A stretch of DNA of 62,203 nucleotides, taken from an uncultured bacterium (lineage in GTDB: Bacteria; SAR324; NAC60-12). Location of the stretch: contig CAXGMD010000010.1 in assembly GCA_964010765.1 (NCBI GenBank), positions 1-62,203 on the forward strand, read 5' to 3'. The notes beneath the pieces are model-generated. The model was not told where the DNA came from. It saw only the letters and a list, made by a program, of their open reading frames with translations, and ran no database searches. The position numbers were made by a program, and so were the translations under genes. Shown here piece after piece: positions 29,503-39,788 of the stretch (positions are counted from its first letter, which is position 1; each line of letters starts with the position of its first letter).

Positions 29503-30258
29503 ATGGCGAGGAACCATTACGATTTTACGAATCAGCGGGCGATTGTGACAGGTGGTGCGCAAGGAATTGGCCGGGCGATTGTGGATCGGCTTGTGGGAGG
29601 GAGTGCGAAGGTCGCAATTTGGGACATGGATGCTAGCCTTGCCGAAACGGTTGCATCTGAATATCCCGAAGGACAGGTTGTACCGATTCAAGTCAATGTG
29701 TCTGATTTGGATTCTGTTAACAGTGCGTGGGATTTCACGAAAGTTAAATTAGGTGGTGCTGAGGTGTTGGTCAATTCTGCAGGAATTGCTGGAGATACAG
29801 CGACTGTTGAAAACTATGATTTGGGCCTCTGGAAAAAAACTCTTGACATCAATTTGACCGGAACTTTTTATGTTTGTCGGGCGGTGATCTCAGGTATGCG
29901 CCAACAAAACTATGGACGAATTGTCAATATTGCCTCCATAGCTGGTAAGGAAGGGAACCCGAATGCTTCAGCCTATTCTGCATCAAAAGCAGGTGTAATT
30001 GCCTTGACGAAATCACTCGCCAAAGAAACCGCGGACTTAAATATTTCTGTCAATTGCATCACTCCCGCTGCAGCCCGAACAAGGATTTTTGAGCAAATTA
30101 GCGAGGAACATATTCAGTATATGCTCGCAAAGATTCCTAGAGGTCGTTTTGTTCAAGTTGAAGAGATTGCTGCAATGGTCTGCTGGATTGCTTCTGAAGA
30201 AAATTCCTTTACGACTGGAGCCGCCTTTGATCTCTCGGGTGGGCGAGCCACTTATTGA
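29503..30258 (+). CDS. SDR oxidoreductase (2-keto-3-deoxy sugar-acid dehydrogenase-like)
   Basis: TGGAQGIG, IASIAGKEGNPNASAYSASK, FDLSGGRATY; ATG at 29503 after AGGAG. Confidence 0.8.
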   Translation: MARNHYDFTNQRAIVTGGAQGIGRAIVDRLVGGSAKVAIWDMDASLAETVASEYPEGQVVPIQVNVSDLDSVNSAWDFTKVKLGGAEVLVNSAGIAGDTATVENYDLGLWKKTLDINLTGTFYVCRAVISGMRQQNYGRIVNIASIAGKEGNPNASAYSASKAGVIALTKSLAKETADLNISVNCITPAAARTRIFEQISEEHIQYMLAKIPRGRFVQVEEIAAMVCWIASEENSFTTGAAFDLSGGRATY

Positions 30259-30287
30259 AATTTCCAACACCAAATATTCCGGAACTG

Positions 30288-31052
30288 ATGACCAATCCAA
30301 TTTACTCAGATCTTGTAGGCAAGAGAGTGTTTATGACTGGAGGTGCCAGTGGTATCGGCAAGGCCATTGTCGAAGCGTTTTGTGCTCAAAAAGCAGAAGT
30401 GTTCTTTGTTGATTTGAACGCTAAGGCTGGTCAAGATCTTTGCCAGAACTTATCAGATGCAGGGGGAAGTACCCCAACCTATAAAGCGATCAATTTGCTG
30501 AAGATTGACGAATTGCAGGGCTGGATTCGTGAAATCCACGCTCAGCATGGTCCAATCCAGGTATTGGTCAATAACGCAGCCAACGACACCCGGCATAAGC
30601 TTGAAGATGTGACCCCAGAGTATTGGGATGAGCGCATGGCTACCAATCTACGGCACTTCTTTTTTACGGCTCAGGCCGTTCTGCCACAGATGAGGGAAAA
30701 TGGGGGTGGATCCATCATCAACTATGGCTCTGTATCCTGGATGCTCAAGCAAACGGGGATGCCAGCTTACACCACGGCAAAATCAGCGGTTTGGGGATTC
30801 ACAAGATCCCTAGCCAATGAAGGCGGAGCAGATCGAGTAAGAGTCAATATGCTTGTTCCAGGATGGGTCATGACTGAGAGACAATTGACGCTTCACGTTA
30901 CGCCAGAAGGGCTGAAACAATTAGAAGAGCGTCAATGCCTGCCAGATCATGTTCAACCAGAAGATTTGGCACAGGCCACTCTGTTTTTGGCTTCAGATGC
31001 TAGCCGCATGATCACAGCTCAACAAATCGTTGTGGATGGTGGCTGGACATGA
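30288..31052 (+). CDS. SDR aldose 1-dehydrogenase, D-xylose dehydrogenase (Caulobacter XylB)-like
   Basis: IYSDLVGKRVFMTGGASGIG, NNAANDTRH, YWDERMATNLRH, YTTAK, TERQL, QCL, VDGGW. Confidence 0.75.
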   Translation: MTNPIYSDLVGKRVFMTGGASGIGKAIVEAFCAQKAEVFFVDLNAKAGQDLCQNLSDAGGSTPTYKAINLLKIDELQGWIREIHAQHGPIQVLVNNAANDTRHKLEDVTPEYWDERMATNLRHFFFTAQAVLPQMRENGGGSIINYGSVSWMLKQTGMPAYTTAKSAVWGFTRSLANEGGADRVRVNMLVPGWVMTERQLTLHVTPEGLKQLEERQCLPDHVQPEDLAQATLFLASDASRMITAQQIVVDGGWT

Positions 31053-32023
31053 CAATCAACTCACGCTGGGCAAATGTACTGAAAGACGTTTGGAAAGATT
31101 CAATCGAGATCAGTTTTGAGCTGTTCAAAGTGATGATTCCAGTGGTGATTTTGGTGAAGATCTTACAGGAACTCGGTGTGATCACAGTTCTTGGAGATTG
31201 GCTAACACCCTTGATGCAATTCTTAGGTTTGCCTGGATATACCGGTTTGGTTTGGGCGACTGCCTTGTTTACTAACTTTTACGCTGCTGTGTTGGTATAC
31301 ATCAATCTAATGGGCGATGTTGAGACACTTAGTATTGCTCAGGTTACAGTGCTGACTTCAATGATGCTTTTTGCGCATAGTTTGCCAGTTGAACTGAGAA
31401 TTGTTCAGAAGACAGGGCCAAGAATTTGGAGTATCGGCCTATTGAGAGTTGGCTCAGCGATTGTGTACGGATACATACTCCATCTCGTTCAGTCTTCCAT
31501 GGGTTGGAACCAGCAGGCGGCCCAGCTAGTTTGGGAGCCTAGTCCAATAGAGCCTGGAATTGCAAACTGGGTTTTGAGTGAAATCGAAAACTTTTTTTGG
31601 ATTTTCGTAATACTTGTCGGACTCGTTGCTCTGATGAAAATCTTGGATGAATCGGGTACAACTAAATTTCTTCAGACTTTGTTGGAACCTATTTTGAGGG
31701 TTCTTTCGATCAGTAAACAGGCAACTAACTTAACTGTAATTGGAATAACCTTGGGATTAGCTTATGGGGGCGGACTAATTTTGAAGGAAGCAAGATCAGG
31801 ATTGTTATCAACAAAAGATATTTACTTCTCGCTTGCGTTAATGAGCATCTTCCATAGTGCTATCGAAGATACTTTACTCATGCTGCTATTGGGGGCAGAT
31901 TGGGTGGGCATTTTAGTTTGCAGATTCCTATTTAGCTTCTTTGTACTGTGGCTTCTGGTCAAAATTGTTGGCCATTGGTCAGAATCAAGATTCAATTTTT
32001 GGTTTTGGCATCAAACAACTTAA
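31049..32023 (+). CDS. Membrane protein with nucleoside-recognition (Gate) domains
   Basis: PLMQFLGLPG, AHSLPVE, GITLGLAYGGG, HSAIEDTLL; multiple TM segments; ATGA overlap with the upstream SDR. Confidence 0.7.
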   Translation: MTINSRWANVLKDVWKDSIEISFELFKVMIPVVILVKILQELGVITVLGDWLTPLMQFLGLPGYTGLVWATALFTNFYAAVLVYINLMGDVETLSIAQVTVLTSMMLFAHSLPVELRIVQKTGPRIWSIGLLRVGSAIVYGYILHLVQSSMGWNQQAAQLVWEPSPIEPGIANWVLSEIENFFWIFVILVGLVALMKILDESGTTKFLQTLLEPILRVLSISKQATNLTVIGITLGLAYGGGLILKEARSGLLSTKDIYFSLALMSIFHSAIEDTLLMLLLGADWVGILVCRFLFSFFVLWLLVKIVGHWSESRFNFWFWHQTT

Positions 32024-32058
32024 TAATACGTTACATCGTGATTTGTTGTTGCGAATAC

Positions 32059-32535
32059 TTAATTATGTCGACTCCCAATAATTCTGCTCAGATTTGCCAT
32101 TTCTATGGCAGCTTGCATTGCGTATCTTCCTTGATTCCCTGCCTTTGTCCCTGATCGTTCAATTGCTTGCTCAATCGTGTCTGTAGTGAGTAGACCAAAG
32201 ATTGTTGGAATGCCTGTGTCTGCTCCTACTGCAGCCACTCCACTGGTGACGGCTGCACAAACATGATCATAGTGTGAAGTTGCGCCTCGAATGACAGCAC
32301 CCAAACAAACTATTGAGTCATAGGCTTCCGTTTCTGCAAATTGACGAGCAGCTGTTGAAATTTCAAAAGCACCTGGAACTCTAGAAAGCAGTAACTGATC
32401 AGGATTTCCTCCAAATTGCCGAAAAGTGTCAGATGCACCTTCGATGAGTCGATCGACAATCATTTCGTTAAATCTTGAGGCAACAATTACGATCCTGAGC
32501 CCCTCAGCTAATAAATTTACTTTCAGTTCCTGCAT
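32059..32535 (-). CDS. ribH: 6,7-dimethyl-8-ribityllumazine synthase
   Basis: SRFN, VPGAFEI, LGAVIRGATSHYD, FGLLTTDTIEQAIERSGTKAGN. Confidence 0.97.
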   Translation of the reverse strand: MQELKVNLLAEGLRIVIVASRFNEMIVDRLIEGASDTFRQFGGNPDQLLLSRVPGAFEISTAARQFAETEAYDSIVCLGAVIRGATSHYDHVCAAVTSGVAAVGADTGIPTIFGLLTTDTIEQAIERSGTKAGNQGRYAMQAAIEMANLSRIIGSRHN

Positions 32536-32549
32536 AGCATTCCGATAAA

Positions 32550-32867
32550 TCAGGATTTGTAAAGAGTATGCTCACATAATTCTCGGAGCATTCGAAAATT
32601 ATAAATACCGGAGTCATGTCCATCATTCCAGTAGAACCTTAGTGCATAATTTCCAACGAATTCACTTCTCGATGGCTGAATATCTTGACGAATCTCGGAG
32701 GATTTCAAGATCTTCTCACCTGTAAGTTCGTTTACACAGAGTGCGCATGGACAGGCATCTCTCAGATCGAAATAGGAGAGCCGAGCCTCCATTCCATCCT
32801 TCCACAGCAAATATAAATCATTTTCGACGAGGACTTTTTCTATGCGTCTTTTCCGAAGGTTTTGCAT
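32550..32867 (-). CDS. DUF971 / gamma-butyrobetaine hydroxylase N-terminal-like protein
   Basis: LRDACPCALC and VGNYAL..W.DGH.SGIY. Confidence 0.85.
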   Translation of the reverse strand: MQNLRKRRIEKVLVENDLYLLWKDGMEARLSYFDLRDACPCALCVNELTGEKILKSSEIRQDIQPSRSEFVGNYALRFYWNDGHDSGIYNFRMLRELCEHTLYKS

Positions 32868-32874
32868 CAGGAAT

Positions 32875-33291
32875 TCAAGGGTGTTGGACGTCCCAAGTCA
32901 GATCCCCTAATTGTCGAACTTTCGCCAGGCAAGCACCATATGGAGATGGTCCGGCCCACTCATCAGGAGAAATCATTGTTAATTGAGGATCACCAGAGTT
33001 TTCATAAAGATAGTAATCCTGATGGACTGCTGGTTTGAATCGAATGCTTGAAGATCGAATTTTCTGACGAATATCAGCTTGCCATTCTATGAGCTGTGCT
33101 TGCTCTATCAATAGGCGCGCTTGAGCCTGCAAGCGGGCAGCTTCGTTGTTAGCTGTATCATTTGTCCGCGCTAATCCAGCATCTAACTGTAAGGTGAATT
33201 CAGTGATTTTTTCAGCAGGGGTTGTGATCTGGACTGGGTAGGTCTTCTCTTTTTTTTCGAGAAGGTTTTTGGGGATCGTCAGGTCAGACAT
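32875..33291 (-). CDS. DUF2452-like hypothetical protein
   Basis: Coiled coil followed by FKP...YYLY...MISPDEW...VRQLGDLTW. Confidence 0.6.
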   Translation of the reverse strand: MSDLTIPKNLLEKKEKTYPVQITTPAEKITEFTLQLDAGLARTNDTANNEAARLQAQARLLIEQAQLIEWQADIRQKIRSSSIRFKPAVHQDYYLYENSGDPQLTMISPDEWAGPSPYGACLAKVRQLGDLTWDVQHP

Positions 33292-33393
33292 CTAGGCCGC
33301 TTCAGTTCAATGTTATTAAGAGATGATAATTATTCTGCAACAGAAGCGGCTTGCTGTCATCAAAGAATTTACGGTGATTCCGATACCAGCAAA

Positions 33394-35424
33394 TTATTTC
33401 ATCAGTCTTAATATTTTTGCCAAGCTATCATAGCAGTCCTTGGCTAGCTCTAATTTACCCTCTTTTAGAGCAGCATCCGCAATTCGATTGTAGCGCTCTT
33501 GTAGGAACTGTAGATTGGCAGCAGATTGTTCATTTTGTGAATCGGTTGAATTTTCTTCCTCTTCTGGAGACGATTCTGAAATCTTCTCAGGGATAACAAG
33601 TGTGGGATTAGAACTCTCAAGAGATTCTAAATCTTGAAGATCCATTGCTTCTTGGGAAATTTCTTGTTCTGATTCTATCACAAGTGCTTCTTCGTCTTGA
33701 TGCTCGTCTCCATCAGAAAGTTGTTCAACTTCATTTTCGGAATTTTCATTTGTCTGCTCTTCGTTGACACTTCCAGCCAATTCTTCCGAATTCGTGGTCT
33801 TTGAGGTTTGAGTATCAAGTGAATCAGGGCCTTCCTCAGCTTCGGACTCTTCAGTCAACACATTCTCAGAGTTTTCTATCTGCAGTATGTCTCTATCTTC
33901 CTCATCCTCCTCAACAGAAATTTCTTGCAGGTCATCGATTTCTGAAGATTCATCACTCACTTCATTAGATTTCAATTCTGAATCGATTTTTGAGGATTCT
34001 AAAGTCTCTTCTTCGAGATTTTTACTTTCAATATCAGTAGACTCTGAATCTGAAGTAAAATTTTGATTTATTTCTTTATATTCAGGAGTTGGTTGATCAG
34101 ATTGGTCTGAATCTCTTTTGATCTCAGTCTCAATTTCATTATCATCTTGAGTTGCTAGATTTTCAGGATCTTCCTCAGTTAGATCCTCTTCAGACTCCAA
34201 ATCAAGTTCAACTACCAAATCCTCTTCATCTTCAGATTCTTCCTCTTCATCTATAAGCCCTCCGTGGGATGCTTCGCTTGCGAGTAGTTCAACTTCAGAT
34301 GGAGTAAGGATTTCAAGCGGCTCATTTGCATCTTCAGTTACCAAATTTTCTGAACTTTCAGATGTCTCGAGAGATTCTGAGTCTTCATCAATTATTGGTT
34401 CATCAGCAGGGTTAACATCATCAGGCATTCTCGAGAGAACAAGTTTATCATTTTCAATTAATTCCTCAGCTGAAACGGATTGAGCTTCTACTGACTCACT
34501 AGTTGAATCACTCAAATCAGAAATTACTTCCTCCGAGGCTTCGACTTTTTCCGGAGTATCTTCAGCTTCGGAAGTTTCTAATTCGGTTTCAGAATCTTCA
34601 GGATTTTCCTCACTTTGTTCTTCACCTTCACTCTTTGCTACTTGGGACGGTTCTGCTGTTTCTTGAAGAAGTAGTGATTCAGGATGGATTTCTTCCTCTC
34701 CTAAATCTTTGAGGGAAAGTGCCTGTTCCTCCTCAGCTAACTCTTCCTGAAACCATGATTCTGCTTCCTCTTCTTCAATTTCTTCTTCAACCTCATCTAG
34801 GTTTGACTCGCGTTCATCATCAAGCTCAGAATTCAGCTGAACTTTGTGCACTGACTTGGCTTCAATTTGCTCAGCTTCTTCGATAGCTTGATTGATCGAA
34901 ACAAGCTCTTCATCATCTTCATCAATAGGATCTGTAGAATCTAGGTTTTCTTCATTTGATTCATTGGCGTCTAGGGCATCAGCATTCTCAAAACCAGCTG
35001 TAGGATTCCCTTGTAATTCTTGGGCGACAGCTTCTGCAACAGCGCCTAGATAAGTTGAAGAATCTGCTCCATTTTCCTCGTCTACAGGATCCTTGTGGAA
35101 CTCTTCATCGATCTCCTTGGCTTCATCTGATTTCACCTCTGAAGATTCCTTCTCAGATGCTGAAGTCGATGCAGTGGGCGTTAGATTAGGGAGAACAACG
35201 GGTACAGCTTCTTGGGGATTTGTGTTTGGAACTAGAGACTGCAATTGGGAAATCCAGCTGTTCACGTCCACCAATAACGTATCAGATATTGGGCTACCAT
35301 CCTCTAATTGAAAAGAATAGTAACTTGTCTGATTCTCAATATCAGCAGCAATTTCAGCAAGTTGATTAAGAATTTTCCACTCTTTTTCAGCATCTAGAGT
35401 GGTTGTTTGTTCCGTCGCCTGCAT
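33394..35424 (-). CDS. Very acidic low-complexity protein (~676 aa) with helical termini
   Basis: Long open frame rich in E/D/S; ATG at 35424 after AGAGG (track extends to 35589). Confidence 0.8.
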   Translation of the reverse strand: MQATEQTTTLDAEKEWKILNQLAEIAADIENQTSYYSFQLEDGSPISDTLLVDVNSWISQLQSLVPNTNPQEAVPVVLPNLTPTASTSASEKESSEVKSDEAKEIDEEFHKDPVDEENGADSSTYLGAVAEAVAQELQGNPTAGFENADALDANESNEENLDSTDPIDEDDEELVSINQAIEEAEQIEAKSVHKVQLNSELDDERESNLDEVEEEIEEEEAESWFQEELAEEEQALSLKDLGEEEIHPESLLLQETAEPSQVAKSEGEEQSEENPEDSETELETSEAEDTPEKVEASEEVISDLSDSTSESVEAQSVSAEELIENDKLVLSRMPDDVNPADEPIIDEDSESLETSESSENLVTEDANEPLEILTPSEVELLASEASHGGLIDEEEESEDEEDLVVELDLESEEDLTEEDPENLATQDDNEIETEIKRDSDQSDQPTPEYKEINQNFTSDSESTDIESKNLEEETLESSKIDSELKSNEVSDESSEIDDLQEISVEEDEEDRDILQIENSENVLTEESEAEEGPDSLDTQTSKTTNSEELAGSVNEEQTNENSENEVEQLSDGDEHQDEEALVIESEQEISQEAMDLQDLESLESSNPTLVIPEKISESSPEEEENSTDSQNEQSAANLQFLQERYNRIADAALKEGKLELAKDCYDSLAKILRLMK

Positions 35425-35706
35425 GAAGCCTCTTTCGAAGTTGGAGCTTGTATTAAGACCGAAGCTATTGACCTGCTTCAATCTATGCAAAACCAAGAAC
35501 ATTTCAGATGTAAACTGAAGATTTCGAACTCCGATAGCCCTCTTAAATTGCTCTTGAAGAACCTTCCAAGCATGAGTTGCTGTCGCCAAATCTGGAACAA
35601 CTCAACCTGAATTTGCAAAGCTGCAATGATGAAAAAACAATCTTAAACTGGCATTTTACATGCAGCGAATAATGGAAATGAATCAAATAAAATTCAGAAA
35701 ATTTCG

Positions 35707-36600
35707 ATGGAATTATCACCAACTTTTAGAGAGATGGAAGCCTTTATAAGAAGGCTGCAAGACCAAATTTGTAATGGTTTAGAAGCCTTTGAGCCAATAC
35801 AGAGGTTTCAGCAAGATATTTGGGAAAGGGAGCAAGGTGGTGGTGGTTGGACAAGGATACTCACTGGTGGAAAAACCTTTGGAAAAGCGGGAGTAAATAT
35901 CTCTTCCATACACGGAGAGATGACTAAGGAACTAGCTTCCCAACTACAGGTTGAGGAAGGTTTTTTTGGGGCGTGCGGGCTTTCACTGGTCATTCATCCA
36001 AATTCCCCCAAAGTTCCTACGATTCACATGAATATCAGGTACTTTGAAACAAATGAAGGCCGAAGCTGGTTTGGAGGAGGGACAGATCTGACGCCATACT
36101 ATCCCTACCCAAAAGATTTCAAAGAATTTCATCAAACATTGCAGCGAGCTTGCAACTCGGTCATTCCTTCATGTTATGAGCAATATAAAGAAACTTGCGA
36201 CCAATACTTCACAATCAGGCATAGAGCAGAAATGAGAGGGGTTGGTGGTATTTTCTTCGATTACTTAACAGGTACAGAAGTAAAGCACGCTGATCTTGTT
36301 CGAGCAGTTGGAGAATCATTTCTTCCTGCGTACGCTCCAATTGTTGAACGCCGTAAAGATGAACATTTTGAAGAAGTTGACACCATCTTTCAGAAAATTA
36401 GAAGAGGTCGATACGTTGAATTCAATCTGATTTATGATCGGGGAACACTTTTCGGGCTTCGATCAGGAGGCCGGATTGAATCGATATTCATGTCACTTCC
36501 ACCAGAGGTGGAATTTCACTATAACTGGCAGCCTGAATCTGGGAGTGCACAGGAGGAAATGCTGTCATATTATCAACCCTATGATTGGATTAATGGATGA
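35707..36600 (+). CDS. hemF: Oxygen-dependent coproporphyrinogen III oxidase
   Basis: KAGVNIS, SLVIHPNSPKVPTIHMNIRYF, WFGGGTDLTP, RRGRYVEFNLIYDRGTLFGL. Confidence 0.97.
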   Translation: MELSPTFREMEAFIRRLQDQICNGLEAFEPIQRFQQDIWEREQGGGGWTRILTGGKTFGKAGVNISSIHGEMTKELASQLQVEEGFFGACGLSLVIHPNSPKVPTIHMNIRYFETNEGRSWFGGGTDLTPYYPYPKDFKEFHQTLQRACNSVIPSCYEQYKETCDQYFTIRHRAEMRGVGGIFFDYLTGTEVKHADLVRAVGESFLPAYAPIVERRKDEHFEEVDTIFQKIRRGRYVEFNLIYDRGTLFGLRSGGRIESIFMSLPPEVEFHYNWQPESGSAQEEMLSYYQPYDWING

Positions 36601-37796
36601 AAACAATGATAGGAACTTCAAAGAATTTCGCTTGGATATTCGCAGTTCAATTTGCTGTGGCATTAGCATTCTTACCTAGCTTAGTAAGCGCGGACCAAAT
36701 ACTTAAGAAATTTCGCCCAAATTATAAAGCTGTCTTGATGGCTGATGCGGACACCGGAAGAGTTTTGTTTGTGGAGCAGGAACACCGTAAGGTTTATCCA
36801 GCCTCTCTCGTTAAATTGATGTCGGTTCTCTTGACCTTCGAGGCCATCGAGGCAGGCAAGACAAGCTTGGAGAGCATTGTAGTAACTTCTACTAAAGCCA
36901 GTAAAATTGGGGGCACACAGGTCTTCTTGAAGGAAGGAGAAGAATTTACTGTCCGAGAACTTTTGAAGGCCATGATTGTGCGATCAGCCAATGATGCGAC
37001 ACTGGCCATGGCCGAGCATGTTTCAGGCAATGAGGATTCCTTCGTACGTCTGATGAACCAAAGAGCCAAAGAATTAGGGATGGCGCATACAGAGTTTCAC
37101 TCGCCTCATGGTCTTCCTCCTAGTCGAGGAGAAAAACATAACGTCAGTACAGCTTACGATCTTTTTCTATTGGCTAGATTTATCCTTCAGAATCATCCCC
37201 AGTATCTAGAGTGGTCAGCTATTGAGATTGATTCCTTCCGAGCAGGGACATTTCAGTTGGTTAACACCAATCGTAAGTTGATAAGAGCATACAATGGCAT
37301 GGATGGGATGAAGACAGGGTATTACCGAGCGGCTGGATTCAACTTGGTCTCCACCGCGAAAAGAGGAGAGCGAAGGTTAATCAGCGTGGTGATGGGTTCT
37401 CCAAATGTCAAATGGCGAAGTCGAATTACATCGTATTTGTTGGACAAAGGATTTAATGAGTATCAAACAACTGAGCTCGTGGAGGCAGGTAAAATAATTT
37501 CTCAAACTGTTCTAGTAGAGGATGGTCAGCACAAAGAAGTCTCAATAAAACCCCAGATGTCGGCTTCACTGCTTTTAGGTCCTGGAGAAGAGGATAAAGT
37601 GAAACTGTTCTATCAATTACCAGAGAAAGTTGTAGCACCCGTTGAAAAAGGGAGCATGCTCGGAACATTAGAATTGAGAATGGGTGGGAAAACGATGCGT
37701 CAAATCCCACTTGTAGCTGCTGAGGAGGTCCCTACTCAGAGTTTTTTTGCATCAGTAGCGGAATCTATCTTCAATTGGTCGGAAGGGGATGAGTAG
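36597..37796 (+). CDS. dacA: D-alanyl-D-alanine carboxypeptidase (PBP5/6)
   Basis: PASLVK (SxxK), SAN, KTG, PBP5 C-terminal domain. Confidence 0.92.
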   Translation: MKTMIGTSKNFAWIFAVQFAVALAFLPSLVSADQILKKFRPNYKAVLMADADTGRVLFVEQEHRKVYPASLVKLMSVLLTFEAIEAGKTSLESIVVTSTKASKIGGTQVFLKEGEEFTVRELLKAMIVRSANDATLAMAEHVSGNEDSFVRLMNQRAKELGMAHTEFHSPHGLPPSRGEKHNVSTAYDLFLLARFILQNHPQYLEWSAIEIDSFRAGTFQLVNTNRKLIRAYNGMDGMKTGYYRAAGFNLVSTAKRGERRLISVVMGSPNVKWRSRITSYLLDKGFNEYQTTELVEAGKIISQTVLVEDGQHKEVSIKPQMSASLLLGPGEEDKVKLFYQLPEKVVAPVEKGSMLGTLELRMGGKTMRQIPLVAAEEVPTQSFFASVAESIFNWSEGDE

Positions 37797-37798
37797 CA

Positions 37799-39004
37799 TT
37801 ATCTTAATGCTCTGAGATCCTCTTGAGCATTATTCGCAGCGGCTGAACCAGGATAGTTCTCTACGACATTCCTGAAGTAGTAAGCCGCCTGTTCGGGTTG
37901 CTTCCGCGTTTCCGCTAATTTACCTAACATATAAATTGCGTCTGGGGTCTTGAAACCTTGAGAAGTTGGACGGTGCTCGTAGTTTTGTAAAACCTTCCGA
38001 AATGCAGACTCAGCAGCGTTCCATTTGCCAAGCTTAAACTGGGAGTAGCCGATCCAGTAATATGCATTATCACTATCGACATCATCTTCAAATTCCTCCA
38101 CAAAACCTTCAAAGACATTTACTGCTTCAGGATAGTCACCCTGAATAAAAGCAGACATTCCCTGATTATATAATTTTTTTATTCCTGGTCTTCTTTGAAG
38201 GGCCAAGGGCTGGATAGGCTCGTTCAAGTCTGGATCTTGGAAAATTTCAGCTGTATTCAATTCATTTTCAATAACGACTTCTGCAGCATTGGTTTGTGAG
38301 CTATCTTTAGATTCCTCCAAAGTAAGATTTATTGGAGAATCCTGATCGGACATATCGCGCTTTTCTTCTTTCTGAATCAATGCGCTAACTTCAGGTAATG
38401 GAGGAGGTTTGGGTTTCTGTTGGAGGGATGCTAATGAAACCTCTTCAACTACTGGAATGCTCGGAGGCTGACTGATCAGGGTTTTTGTAGTAGCCCGGGA
38501 ATTTGGGGAGGTTGGAAATTTTGGGGTTACAGGTTTTGGGGTGACTTGGGAAGGTGTTGAAGCTTGTCTGATTTGAGGTTTTTCTGAAGCTGCCATGGTG
38601 TTGGGCATGGCCTCAACGCTTTGCTGAAGTTCCACAATCAATTGTTGATTTTCACGAAGAGTTTCTGAAACAGCTTTTTCCATCAGTGAAAAATTAGTAG
38701 TCCATTGATCCTGCAACTCAGCGAAGGCTTTCTCTTGACGAAGAAGCTGTGCCTCTAAGCTCAGAATTTGCTCCTTCAGCTCAAAAATTTCCTCTTTGGA
38801 TGCTGAATTATGCTTTGTCTGAAGATTAGATTCACGTTTTTTCAGTTCATTTTCACTGATAGGTTTAACTGAAGCGGGTAGTTCCTGCTCTTGGGCTTGG
38901 TTCTCAACTTCAGCGGATTCATTTGGAACTAGTCTTTCAAGCGTCGCACAGCTCGAAGCTAGGATAAGGGTCAAACTAAGTAAGCCTAGACGAAAAAAAA
39001 TCAT
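37799..39004 (-). CDS. CpoB/YbgF-like TPR lipoprotein
   Basis: Lipobox LASSC, coiled coil, Pro/Ser/Thr-rich linker, C-terminal TPR (DNAYYWIG, KTPDAIY, YPGSAAA). Confidence 0.7.
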   Translation of the reverse strand: MIFFRLGLLSLTLILASSCATLERLVPNESAEVENQAQEQELPASVKPISENELKKRESNLQTKHNSASKEEIFELKEQILSLEAQLLRQEKAFAELQDQWTTNFSLMEKAVSETLRENQQLIVELQQSVEAMPNTMAASEKPQIRQASTPSQVTPKPVTPKFPTSPNSRATTKTLISQPPSIPVVEEVSLASLQQKPKPPPLPEVSALIQKEEKRDMSDQDSPINLTLEESKDSSQTNAAEVVIENELNTAEIFQDPDLNEPIQPLALQRRPGIKKLYNQGMSAFIQGDYPEAVNVFEGFVEEFEDDVDSDNAYYWIGYSQFKLGKWNAAESAFRKVLQNYEHRPTSQGFKTPDAIYMLGKLAETRKQPEQAAYYFRNVVENYPGSAAANNAQEDLRALR

Positions 39005-39008
39005 TATT

Positions 39009-39788
39009 TCAGGTTGATTGAGATGATTGAAGTTCAAGGATCATTCTGATTGAATTGGCTCGATCAGGCTGTTGATTGTTTTCATAGGCATCAATCAGTC
39101 GTTCAGCAATTTGATTCCTGCGCTCAAATTTCGGAAAATTCTTCAAAAGGTGCAGGTATCTTGTGATAGCTGAGTCGTAAGCCTTTTGCGAGAAATAATA
39201 TTCTCCTACAACAAATTCATACTCTGCCAAGTCATTACTGGCGTTTCTCAGTAATTCAGTGACATCCTCCAAGTAATTACTTTGTCGATAAAGCAGATAG
39301 AATCTCTGATATTCCTGAATGATTTTACGGTTTGGCTCCATGTCTCTGTCAAAAGATCTTTCACGAATGAAAATGCCGTAGCGATTTCTTTCGTAATTTA
39401 GACTGATGATTTGGCTTATCACATAAGGAGTCAGGTGGCTGTTTGGATTTCTGATCAGAAAAGAACGATAATTGACTTCAGCGTCGTCCCACTTGGTGCG
39501 TTTGAAGAAAAGTTCACCAAGTTGGAGGTATGCTAGTGTGGCTAATTGAGTGCCAGAGTGTTCGGTGCTCAGTTTTCGAAAAAGCTCTTCAGCTTCTGTA
39601 TAAAACTGATCTTCGGAAGCGATGACAGCTTGATTATATAGCTCTCGAGCCGGAGTGCGGATATTGGTGTCTTGAACAGTGGAGCAAGCAAATAAAAGAA
39701 AGCTAAGCCCAATCAATAGAATTATTGAATATCTAGCTTTTACTGCGCTTGCGATAGCGAACCATCGTGATTTCGTTACCGCGCTCAT
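39009..39788 (-). CDS. bamD: Outer membrane protein assembly factor BamD
   Basis: Lipobox LFAC, LYNQA, DRD, LAEYEFVVGEYY...AYDSAITRY TPR pattern. Confidence 0.82.
   Translation of the reverse strand: MSAVTKSRWFAIASAVKARYSIILLIGLSFLLFACSTVQDTNIRTPARELYNQAVIASEDQFYTEAEELFRKLSTEHSGTQLATLAYLQLGELFFKRTKWDDAEVNYRSFLIRNPNSHLTPYVISQIISLNYERNRYGIFIRERSFDRDMEPNRKIIQEYQRFYLLYRQSNYLEDVTELLRNASNDLAEYEFVVGEYYFSQKAYDSAITRYLHLLKNFPKFERRNQIAERLIDAYENNQQPDRANSIRMILELQSSQST

Noticed and set aside
33394..35424. Tandem repeat or CRISPR-like array in the TCTTC-rich region
   Set aside because: The periodicity comes from Glu/Asp codons on the minus strand; there are no fixed-length repeats or spacers
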